From assembly GCF_000150275.1 (NCBI RefSeq), contig NW_002060943.1:11656878-11720877 (forward strand): a DNA stretch of 64,000 nt, in the 5' to 3' direction. A model generated the notes under the pieces. That model worked only from the letters and a program-made list of their open reading frames with translations. It had not been told where the DNA came from and ran no database searches. The translations under genes and the position numbers were made by a program. Source of the DNA: Trichoplax adhaerens (taxonomy: Eukaryota > Animalia > Placozoa). Shown here piece by piece: positions 25,834 to 38,200 of the stretch (positions are counted from its first letter, which is position 1; each line of letters starts with the position of its first letter).

Positions 25834-28800
25834 TTTTTAATCACTTATGTTCTGGGTATTTCAGATTTGCTAGCCCTATTAAATTAAGAAGTAAGTTAAA
25901 GCTAGATAATAATAGTCATAATTCGTTTAATCATTAATATAGCTTTAAGGAGAACTGTGTGTATCAAGCACACGAATACACATTCTGATGATTCTTTTCA
26001 ACAAAAAGTCTCCAGACTTTGATCAAACTATTAAATAGAAAAAGTTGATCCATTCAAAGATGAAGCTAGAATCAAAATATATCCTTTACAAGATAAACCG
26101 TGATTGTAGTTGTTGCGGCACTGTTAATTACATCAATCGAGACATACAGTACGCTATGCTAGCCATTAACTTAGCAGCCATTAGTAAATTACCATGCTTT
26201 GTACAGTAATAAATGCTACTATTAGTGCTTAACATACGCGTATAGTCTTTAAAGTGTGTAAGAACTATCGATCCACAATGTACACGAATATTGTAAGTCT
26301 ATACGAACGCAAATTTTTTCCCTACAATCGCGTTTACTGTACTTCCTAGACTAGGATCTGGCAACGTGATACTAATATGGCATATTTATATGAAGTTACC
26401 GGCAGTTTCCGAAATTAAGCATTTTACAAAATCGTTAATCCCTTCGGTATATACAAGTACAGTGCGAGTCTTTCTTTCTTCAAATTAAGTCATTTCAAAC
26501 TATTAACTAAAACGGTTTTCACAATTGAATCGTGGTTTATACCCTTCTGAGGTGCAATTCAGTAAAGGGTTATCTGGTTTAATTGAAGTTGGAAACATTG
26601 ACGCGATTAATAATTTAGAACATATTTAAGCGTTCCATTTAAGCCAATAAAATTTTCCCTTGATATCGGTCAAGTAACGACGCTTTAGATGATAAGCTAG
26701 CTTTAAACTGTAGATTACGAACCTTTCTTTACTGTACGCTCTATTTATTTAGACGATAATCTCGAGACTTTATAAGTGTAGTGCAAGCAGCTCGCTAGTT
26801 AGAAAATGATTTAGATTGTAAATTATGGGTCCTCAATTAACTTCCATTTACGTAATAGTTGAGCAATAATGTCGTCGTTGATGATTTCGACACTTTATAA
26901 GTACAATACAAGCAGTTTCAATGATATAATGTCATATATCTAAATTTGATCATGCATTGTACTAGTATAGATACGTAATTCCCATTTTAACGATATGTTC
27001 ATATAAAGAATTTTTAATATGACATGACGTTGCAGTTAACAAAAATTCTCGTTTAAGGAATAATATGCCAGAATGTTGCACCATTGATTAGCGATAATCA
27101 AGTTAAAATAAAATTGCTATTATTCGCGTTCTCATCAATTATCTAATCTAAATACTTCTAAACGTGTGCCTGTACGCTAGTAAAGTAATTATACATAATT
27201 CATTCTAAGGATGAGTTATGAATCCATTGATGAAATTAATAATGGAAACAGGCCATTTCCGTTCAATTCCTTACAGCTAATCATAGTTGATATTCGTAAT
27301 CTGTAGCTAAATATTACGCTAATATCTTATTATCGAAATGAAATATTCGTACGTGACTGTCACGTTCAAAGGCTTGACAATGGGCTCTAGTTTGAAAATG
27401 TGTGCGTGATCCTTTTAGAGATTTTACTGCGACAATAAATATTTTTTAAATACTATTAGCATCTCGAATGCTATACGAATACGCGCATAAACTTGGATCA
27501 TTCTAAGTGCAGACTTATTTTAAAGGCATCTCCAGGGTGATTTGAAATATATTTGAAAGATTCTACATTAACACCACAAGATTGTTTTGATACAGATCTA
27601 TAAAAAGCAATTCTAAATATATCTCAAATACTTTAACCTTCGCCATGTTGTAATTTATATACTTATTGCTAACTTACCTTTCGTATTCTAGTACGGAAAA
27701 AAGGTAGATGAACTAGATATAATACAATCCTATCACCTGAACTGAAGCTGTAAAAAATGAATTAATTGACAAGAATTGTTTATTATATATGATATTGACT
27801 TATTGTTCTATATCATATTAATAATGCAAATAAATAAAAGTTCATTGATACATAAATAGTACTATAGTATAGACTGGTTTCTAAGCTGAACGGTATAATG
27901 TTTTCCGTTAACAGGAGGTACCTGGTACAGTTTAGTACTATTCATCCTACAGTACGTACAGTATAAGGATTTATTGTATTCGCCTAGTTGGAATAATTAT
28001 TTTTATTCTTTAATTATTGTACTATAATTGTATGGAGTATTTAATATGAATGATCTTGTTATGCTTACTATATATGTTATTTGATACGGTACTAATAGAC
28101 TTTAGTCACCGTTCAAAGATATTGAGATATTTATTGACGCGTGAATAATTGCATAAGATTTCTGCTTGTAGTTAATAGTAAATTGATAATCTGGCGATTA
28201 ACTAGCATGGGATAGTGCATTTTAATAAATCTTAATCATTTAGGATGTATAGTATTTATGAATGCATTTTATAAAATGCACCGGTAGTAATTAGAAACTT
28301 ACCGGAAGATAGTAATCAGCAATTCTTTATTATCTACTTCAGGTTTTGTTAAAAAAGAATTACGCTTACAGTACTGTGTTTAAAGCCGGGGAAGGCATCG
28401 TAGGTGATTTCGATCAAGAAAATACTTCTATTATGAGTATCGATAATTGTTAGCAAGCTTGTTCGCTCGTAATATAATAAATGATAGTACGAGCATTGCA
28501 CAACGTTTATCATTTCTTGAATGTAAAATGTTGTTGATCGGCTTATTTCATTCTCTTCCTCTTTCTGTATATATCTTAATCTGTCATCTAGCATGTTAAA
28601 ATTGTAGATGGCTATTGGAAATACTATCGTGGTTAATTTTGAATTGCAATTTAGTCGAGTGAGATATACCAGTAGCTGAGCTAATTTTACACTCTCATAG
28701 GAAACTCCGTCAACAAATTTAACCTTTTATTCTCTATGTATCCCTTCGAGCCTATTAAGTACTAAACAATTTCATTTTTGGAGCTTGCTAAGTAAAGATT

Positions 28801-29702
28801 TTGAAAATATCTTACATGATCTTTGCAGTTAAAATCAGTATATTTTATCTATATGAGATAAACGTAATTTTTCCAAAACTACAGGAATTAAGCTTACTTC
28901 TGCATCCTAAAACTTCCACGTAGACTGGTATCTTATAGAAGATAGCTATAATTTTTGTGTACTCGTGTATGTATGTATGCATTACCATCGTGTGAATTTT
29001 TTAAAGTATCAAAATGATGATTAAAACTAGGTCATCGTACTAGGAGTCTGCATAAATAGTGACATAGTCAATCACAAAGCTGTCATTAACATATTGATTG
29101 GATACTGCATATATAGGACGACAAGATTTTTAGCCAACACCAGAACTAGAATCCCTTAAAATCAGTCATTACGTAAGTATTACGTTTATTTAAAATTTAT
29201 GTGTGCGGATAGCACCGGGTATACATTAATAATTGAATAATAATCCCATATAATCGATAGTAAAATTGTGAAACAAATATTGGATGAGAAAAAAGCTCAC
29301 ATGAAAATTAAAACCAAAATTCAAAGTGTTGATTCAATCGATATTGCAGCACTTTGCATATAAGGGGTGCTACGGAAAATATTATCACCTTGCCCTTTCT
29401 ATCATGTTCGCAAATCTGCTACATTATAACCAAAACATCTTCGATTACATTAAGATACGCCTAAGGTTTCTAGTAGTAATTAAACTTTTATCAATATCCT
29501 AGAATTGAGATTACATTCGCACTTTCCCGCCTCGAAACTAGCTGTAAAACCACGTATACCCTAGAATATATCTCATCTGATATTTTATATCTGCAAAGGA
29601 TGTAGCTTAAATACATCCATACCGCCTTAATAATTAATCTACTATTTTATACTACGCAGACTCTACGGTAACATACCAAATCGATTGCGGCAGTATGATA
29701 GA

Positions 29703-32700
29703 TTAAGTGGAAGTAAGAAATTTAGCTACATTTGCAATAACCAAGGCAAAGAAGATCAAGGCAATTGATCGCGAAGGACCGGCCATGGCATCATTAATTC
29801 GACCTATCATAGAAATTATAGCGTTAAATTAAATTCTAATGACGCTAATATGCCGGCAACATTAAAACTGTTTAACAAGATCTCCAAAGACTAGCATAAC
29901 TCTTATGTTTTGATGGGAAATAGTTTTTCTTATTATGACCGTTTATATTGCGTATCAATTGATACTTAAAGTAATTACCTGTAGTTTGCAATCATTTCGG
30001 TAACGATCGGTAGCAAGATAATATGAACGATTAATAAAAATGTTAGTGTAACAGTATAATAGATTAACAATATCAGTTTTAATGTAGCAAAGTAATAAGT
30101 ATGTCTATGCTTTATTCCTTATAAAGTCACTACACTTCAAAAACTTGATAATAATTACCTGTAGTAGGTTTAACTGCATGGTAGGTGATCAAAATTATAA
30201 CAAATTTAGTTAGTAATTCGTAACAACAAGACGATCCGAAGGAATTTAATATTTAATGGCAAGCGTTTACTATCAAGCAATTATTCGAAGTATAGCTTCA
30301 AATTAATTCTATGCTTAATTACTATACATTACCTGTTGTCGCTGTGGGTACTGATAGCAGGAATTAAATATGAAATTAAAAGATTATTAACATATTCGGA
30401 TTGATAGGCGATTACAATAGTAAAGTTAATTTAAAGATTCTGAGATAATTTGATAACAAATATCTTCGATCAATGATTGATCTGAACATAGCTTGAAATT
30501 AAATTTATATTAACTACATTACCTCTAGTCGTTGTAGGTTCTGATAGCCCCAATTAAACATGAAATAAAAAATTGTTAGCATTTATGGCTTAATCAACGA
30601 TTATAATAGTAAAATTAATTTAAAAATTCTGCTTTTAATATTCGACGGCAAGTGTTTTCCATCAAATGATTATTTTGAGTATAGGTTGAAATTACTTTTA
30701 TATTAAATACGTTACCTGTTGCTGCTGTGGGCGTTGATGGCAATAATTAGATATGAAATTAAAATAAAATGATTGTTAGCATTTTTGGATTATTTACCAA
30801 TTGAAAAAGTAAGATCGATGTTGAATCAGTAAATAAATAAAAGTCGAAATTTTGCTTGAATGACGATATGAAGTTTTTAAGTCAAGGTATCTTGACAAAG
30901 CTTGAACTCTGATACATATTGAAGATTTCAGACATATTTGAGTATTATGCTATCGATTGTAGAAATACCTTGAGTTGTTCCTGATGGAAATGAAACAAAG
31001 AAATAAAAGACAATTGTTAAAATTTAGAAAGTTATTAAAAGTCATCGAATATATCTGTACATTAAATCACTGATACTTATGTTATTATCTGTCTACAATA
31101 TCGCGAACCTAGCGTGCCGAGTGAACCTAGCGTGCCAAGTGAAAGCAACCTGATATGCAACTTTGCAAAAGGTGGCAAGGAAGTGCCGTTAGCTCGATAA
31201 AATACACTTGATGAATCGTTAGTTGATTTGAGTTGATAAATCGTTCTATTAGTTGCGCTACCGGCGTAGGTATATTGTTCTGTAGGTCCGGCTTTGGTAC
31301 CAGCATCCCATAAATACAAATCCAAAGTAGTGTTGCCTATGAATCCGCACTGTTTGGTACAGAAGTTTACACGACTTACGCCAACACACCAATCTGGACT
31401 AGGAGCAATCATCGTTAAAGCAGATAGTAGATTAAAATTTTTATTAACATCAACGGTGACAGTATATTTTGCGGTTGGTCCAAGATATGCACCAGGAGAG
31501 ACGAAAACTTTTTTAACTTTGTCAGTCATAGGCGTTAACAAATTTTTTAATGGACCTATAGAGCAAAACAAATAATATCGGTATACGAGGATTATTATCT
31601 CAGCTTAATTTCTCTAATTCACCGCAAAAATTAATAATTGATTACTTTAAGGTTATGCTAGCGTTGTCGTAATGTCTAGTACAGACTGTATCTGTATAAT
31701 TTTATCTATTTTCAAACTTACCTGCGTTACCAGCTTCAGCAACAGATTCTACTTCAGGTGATGCATATTGACCATATGAATACACGGTTAGAGCTGGAGA
31801 GTGGATAGCTCCAATAAAAGTAGACCAATGAGGAAAGTTAGAGGGATAGAAGGGGTAAGCGGAACTGTTAACCCAGATTCCTTCGAAGGTTAACTCGTAA
31901 GTAGCACTACCTGCGCTACAGCAAGTTGCATCATCTATTTTGAATAGATATAACGATGTATTCGCAATAAGATTATTATTTATCGTTAATTACACCGATA
32001 ATAAATAACTATAGAATAGCAAAGAATATAAACTAATTTAAAATAGTAAATATTTCAATTAAACCACAGTATCAAGCTACCGTACTGAACTTTAAAAAGG
32101 AAACAATTTCATATTAATTAATTAGTGAATTTACTTTGAATAGGTGTGATTGATATTGTTAATACGTAAATGCAAGAGTCCTTGATACGAGCGTTATTAG
32201 TTAAAAATTTAAAATAATTGTCGCTATTAGATTAACATTTTAATCAAAAAGCATGCGGATGATCATAATAGCGATGCTTTGAAATATTTATTATCGTACT
32301 TGAAGCTATATTTTGTGATAATCTCTCGATGTGTAACTTAGCATAAGGTGGCAAGGAACCGCCGTTAGCTCGATAAAATACGCTTGATGAATCGTTAGTT
32401 GATTTGAGTTGATAGATCGTTCTATTGGTAGTACTGCCGGTGTAGGTGTACTGTTCAGCAGCTCCGGCCTTAGTGCCAGCATCCCATAAATATAAATCCA
32501 TAGTCGTGTTGCCTATAAATCCACACTGTTTGGTACAGAAGTTTAAACGACTTACACCGACACACCAATCTGGACTAGGAGCAATCATCGTTAAAGCAGA
32601 TAATAGGTTAAAGTTATTGTCAACGTCAACAGTGACAGAATATTTTGCAGTTGGCCCAAGAGATCCACCAGGCGAGACGAAGACTTTTTTAACTTTACTT

Positions 32701-33140
32701 GTCATGGGCGTTAATAAATTTTTCAATGGCTCTATTAGAACGAGGTAGATTACGTGTGCAAAAATTAGCATCATTACAGCTCTATAATTATGAGTAATTA
32801 TCTGGAGTAAATCCATCAGTAATATATGTCGAATTATTTTAATTTTATTTTTATTCTTACGAGCTTGACCAGCTTCAGCAACGGATTTAACTTGAGACGA
32901 TGCATATTTTCCATATTCATATACCGTTACAGCTGGGGAATGGATAGCTCCAATGAAAGGAGACCAATGGGGAAAGTTAGTCGGATAGTAAGGGTATGAA
33001 GCAGTGTTGGTCCAGATTCCTTCGAAAGTTATCCGATAGGTAGCGCTTCCAACAGTGCAACAACTTGCATCATTAGCCGCCAAAGTAGATGCAAAAATGA
33101 TGCATAGCAGTGCAAAAATGGCAGAAGAATGAGTAGTCAT
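29703..33140 (-). CDS. Predicted GPI-anchored protein with two tandem Spondin_N domains and a Thr/Pro micro-exon stalk
   Basis: Signal peptide at 33140. Exons 33140-32861 and 32731-32300 form domain 1; 31934-31722 and 31555-~31109/31127 form domain 2 (no ATG or signal, phase-1 acceptor). Micro-exons at 30980-30969, 30540-30523, 30350-30333 and 30173-30159. Last exon 29803-29703: GRINDAMAGPSRSIALIFFALVIANVAKFLTST*. Confidence 0.85.
30245..30800. repeat. ~190-bp diverged tandem unit (intron + 18-nt micro-exon) x3
   Basis: Parallel sequences: ttacctgttgtcgctgtgggtactgatag...atatgaaattaaaa (30329); ttacctctagtcgttgtaggttctgatag...catgaaataaaa (30519); ttacctgttgctgctgtgggcgttgatgg...atatgaaattaaaa (30712). 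Confidence 0.85.
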
Positions 33141-35224
33141 CTTGACAGAAATAAGAGTCTGAAACGGATAATGAAAGAACTATCAGCAATAAAGGATGGA
33201 AATAATTTTGTATATTTCCATCTTTGTGTAATAGAGCTACTATGATATGACGTATCTCTTTAACATTTGCAGTAAGATATTTTAGTGAGAATTACGAGCA
33301 GAATGATGAAAGTAAAAATTACGCGGTTTATTTCGCATTTAAATTGTATTAACAAACATAGGAAAAATTTTTTAATTAATGATATTCGTACTCTTTTCGT
33401 TAGAATTACCATGAGAAATTTAAGTCTATTTTTTAGTATAGCAATCATCTAACTGTATATAATTTTGCTTTCATTTTAGCAACAAGTTGGCTATATTTTA
33501 CTAACGGGTATCGATAGATAGATATATCGTAATTTCACTTACCAATCTTTAGAATCGATGTACTGCAACGTCAAAGCAAGTGTTAATGACTCTGCAATTA
33601 TGCTGCAACCTTCTGATTAACAGGCTATATGTACCGTATATCTTGACTGTATCAGTATATTCATGTAATCTTAACCGTATTCAAGAATAGAAATTATAGC
33701 ATAATTGAATAGGAATGCAAAGGTGATGGGTTCGTACCTGGTATAATAAGGTACAGTGCAATGGTCGTCATAATGATGTTTGCATTTATACAATTGCATA
33801 TTATTTTAATAAGGCAATTATTTAATAAGGGCATATTAAGAATATAATAAATGTCTTTTATACAATATAGTGAGTGTACAGTAATTGTAGTTTAGTAGTT
33901 ACAAAAGCAATTCTCCTCATTGGCACAATAGGGTCACATTTTAAAAAAGACTATGGTAAAATTTTTCAAGCAGTTACGACGAATAAAAATTGCGATATCT
34001 TCGAGTAATACGAAAGCAACTCTATAATAATGTTTGAGTTCATTATGTAAAATGAGTACGTACTGAACCATTCATTACACATCTCTAATTACAGCTATTA
34101 AATAAAGTGAATCACGTACGTATTGACAAACAAGTACTTTTAGAGAGCTTATTGCTATATTTTGCCTGTACTACATGATTGAATAAAAATTTAGTGTGAT
34201 GGTGATAATTTTGTGGTAACGTATGAACAAGAACCACTAGAATTTAATTAGGTGCATTAAAGCTCAATATATATAATCAGCTTCAGCAATAGAATACAAT
34301 TCAGAGAAACATTTACAACACTTTAATTAGCTCATTGCTTAATAATATAATCCGTGCACGTTTAGACTTTCTATGAAGGCTCTTAGGAGACCAAACCTTA
34401 AAGAATACGTCGCGTTAAAAATATTTAAAATACATTACAGTTATTAAATAATCCATTATTCAATATTTTACTAAGAATGGCGTGATTATGTCAAAAGTAG
34501 CATCCTCTAATTCAGCTTGGCCTAAGAAGCTCATTACTATCTTCAATTTAATTTTTTTATGCTGTTTTAACTTTATATACTTATTATTGTAATCTGATAT
34601 ACAATATAGACGTGTATTATTATTATAATTTATAATATAATGCCAAGCCATTACGTATGATGCTGTTAAATATTGTTCTTTCTTACCCTAATTGTACGTA
34701 AAGAAGATCATCTTAATTCTAGTATTTAGGCCATCCTCATACCTACATATGAAACTATTAGATACTAACTGAAAGTATTTATGAATATGGACAGAATATA
34801 CTAAGGCGAAATTTTTATATAATGCCCGGTCAACTTACACATTGTCTAAAGTGGCGACCATTGTATATATATGTATGTATTAACATATGCATTGCTAGAT
34901 TTTTTCATTACCATTAACATGGAAGTAATGTACATGTTGGTCAGCAACATGTCGAATTGTCGATGCGTAACAATTGCAATTGATTAAAGAGTAAATATAC
35001 GTTGATGTTTCCGTTCGTAGTCATGGATATTAGAATGAACATGAGTCATTCAATGGCATAAATTGTAGTATACTAGAAATTTAAGACTAATTGGCGATAA
35101 ACTATATCTATATAAAAATGATATGTCCATTTCTGTGATACCGGTAGAACGGGAACGGTAATTGTATTCGTATTCTGATTAGCTACTGTAACCGTATGTA
35201 ATTTAGTCTGTCACATTATGGCAA

Positions 35225-35262
35225 GGACTTCTAGGACTAATACGTATTAGTCTTAGAAGTCC
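35225..35262. repeat. 38-bp near-perfect palindrome
   Basis: ggacttctaggactaatac|gtattagtcttagaagtcc: 19-bp arms, one G-T mismatch, no spacer. Confidence 0.95.
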
Positions 35263-38200
35263 CTAATTATGGGCTATAGAAGATAATCTAGAATTAGTAC
35301 TTAGATAACGCATTAACGATATCCAATAAATTTTACGTTTAATCAGCAGAAATCATTAAAGTTGTAGATATACAGTATGTACAGTATATTGTATAGACAC
35401 TACCACATTTCATTTCCTTATCGCATACGGTACCAAAACCCCTTAGTGGCGAATAAGATACGCATTAGCGATGTAAGTATTCAATAAATTTTATGTTTAA
35501 CCGGCATAAATTATCGTAGTTCTCTCTCTCTCTATATATATAACATAACAATATGTCATATACATTACTATATTCTATCTCTTTTCTGCATACGCTTTAA
35601 TGGCTAGCAAGCTTCGTAGACTTACACTCGTATAATTAGAAAAGATTATAATATGGAAATTAATTTTTGATGATATACGGTCATACGAGAACTTATATCA
35701 TTATGGTCGTTAAGTAAGGATATGTGCAAGGAGCCCATTAGTATGGGAAATGTAGTCAAGGACTTCCAACAATGTAATGATTTCAGCTAATTACAGTATT
35801 TATCTACTAGGGGATACAAAGAGAAAATTCTAAATTTTCTCTTAAAAATTCTTGATGCAGTACTGCATTGAGAACCATCGTCATGTTAATAACATTTGAC
35901 CAAAATACAAGAACAACAAATTCGTTTTAATATATTCATTTATCGATCATTTATTGATAAAGTGATGTTATCTGCTCACTATTTTAAGCTATACAGTAGC
36001 CAATTTCATATCATATATAACAAAATATATTCTAACTGCAGTAGTGCAAGTGTAAGTTATCGTAAAGAGCATAACGCTATAGCGTTCGATTCAAGACCAA
36101 AATCAACCAAGGCACTACCAGGGTAACTTCTTGTCCATTGCGTCTCTGTTGTTATTGGCTAACCAGAGCTGCAGCACTATGGAAATAGCTATAATCACTC
36201 TACAATGTATCAGTGCTAATGCCCCACCTCTTCTGCATGAAGCTTTACATACGTTTAAACGTTTAATGAAACAAGAAAAAATTTACGGTATTACTAACGC
36301 AAAATAAGGTTTAAAAACAAACAGGCAATATGCTAGTAGAGATAGATAAAAAAACCGGGTTTTATATCTACGAGTATGTTGCGTACCAGTAGAGTATTCA
36401 TATGTGTTAAGATTAATGATATCTCCAGTTTTTAGAGATTATTATTTAGCATTGATATTGATTATTACATGATCTAGTAGTATTATCATAGCATAGCTTA
36501 TTTACTGTAAAGTGAAAAAATATCTGACTAAATAAAGATATAAAAATTGAAAGCACTAGACATACATAAACTGACGAACTCGTATAATTTTATTCACGTA
36601 GCTACATTGTTCATTTGGCTGCTGATCGAATACAAATGGAAAATCAATCCAATGATTAGTAACGTGAGCAGCCATAAGCATATTTTACTGTTTTGCAATG
36701 ATTGCGATCCTTAAATAAGAATTAGGTTTGAAGTTACTATTATTTGAATCGTGTCCAAGTATGGATATTACAGGAATGTTATTGTCATGTTACATGATTT
36801 ATACATATACCATCAAATTCTCCTATTTTGAGCATCCACTACATAGTGCCAGTGCCACATTGGATCACGTTTAAGTATCGTTAGAATGCTAGAAAGTTCC
36901 TTCAAGCAGCTATAAAGCTCTAATCATGATCTCAGATGTTGATCTCTGAACAAAATTATTGTTAAGTAAGCGGCTGATTATATTATAGCAGCAATGGGTT
37001 ACTAGAAATTATAACGGTATAATTTCTAGTAGTCTATTTAGCAGCTCAGAATAAATTTCTGGAAAAGAAATGGTGGCTTGCATTATGATTGTGCTAAATC
37101 TTTATTGATAACAATTTTAGTATTTACGATCACTAGGATATTTCATTACTTATCTCCCAGAAAAGATTATATGAGATGGGAAGTAGTAAACGAAATTTAA
37201 TTTAATTGTAATTCATTTCATAAGCTATCGCCGATATTATTCCGTATGCTCACAAATTACAAATACCATAATCCCTAATCAGAAATCTAGAAGAGGAAGT
37301 AGTAGCACGATATATCCCTGATACACCCATTGCTTCTATGACATCATACAGCAAGTGAAATAGGATGGTATTAAAGCAAGATTTGAGCCTTGTAGAGAAA
37401 AAAATACAAGAACTTTTACGTACAGGATATGTGTGACGGTTGACTATAAATTTCTTTTCAATACTTCAAACGATAAAAGAAATTAAATTGACACTGGTCC
37501 CTTAAATTAGAGAAAATTTACACTGTGACTTATGGGTAATTTAATTTTTATAAAGCAGACGCAAACATGGAATATTTTAAGCTTTTTATAACAGCTAGAA
37601 GAGACACAATGATACAGTTCGAGTAGTACGGTACTATTATTTTCTGTGATCAAATTATATGATTTCGAAGAGTATACTACCGGGCTAATAGAATTTTCAG
37701 TTTGTTAAATAGAAGTCAATGGATAGCCTTACAGGTAGGCAACAGTCTTTAATTTTAATTTTTATCTGAATAACTTTCATTTTTCATCAACAGCAATGCG
37801 GGTAATACTTACAGAGTGAATTTTTAAGGAAACTCCGAATATATAAATCAATGTGATTAATTGATATGTATTTAAAAGCAATTTGAAGTTTCAAAGTTAT
37901 TTCTAATATATTTTGGATAAAAATTAAATTACTAGCTAGTACGTATCTCAAAAATTTTCTATGGCCACCATAGCAAAAATTACTCAAACGTGATTCAATC
38001 GCAGAGAGTCAAAATTATAACTGTCTAATTGCATATCTCCGAGTATATGTTTTCTACTTAGTGATAGCAATAGATACAGTAATCTGCAATTAAATAAAAC
38101 TCTACAGCTTCTATCTCGTTTACAACAATTAGTTATGGATAACTGGAGACTCTGATACATATACTCGTAAATACATGCAGCCGTATAAACTAAAATTATC

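Noticed and set aside
29960-30010. Additional ACTACAG|GTAATT micro-exon-like donor in the spondin stalk region
   Set aside because: No upstream AG gives an in-frame exon; probably a decayed copy, so it is not included in the model.
25131-32748. Three similar + strand ORFs (25131-25415, 31294-31575, 32446-32748)
   Set aside because: They are antisense shadows of the spondin exon 2 copies.
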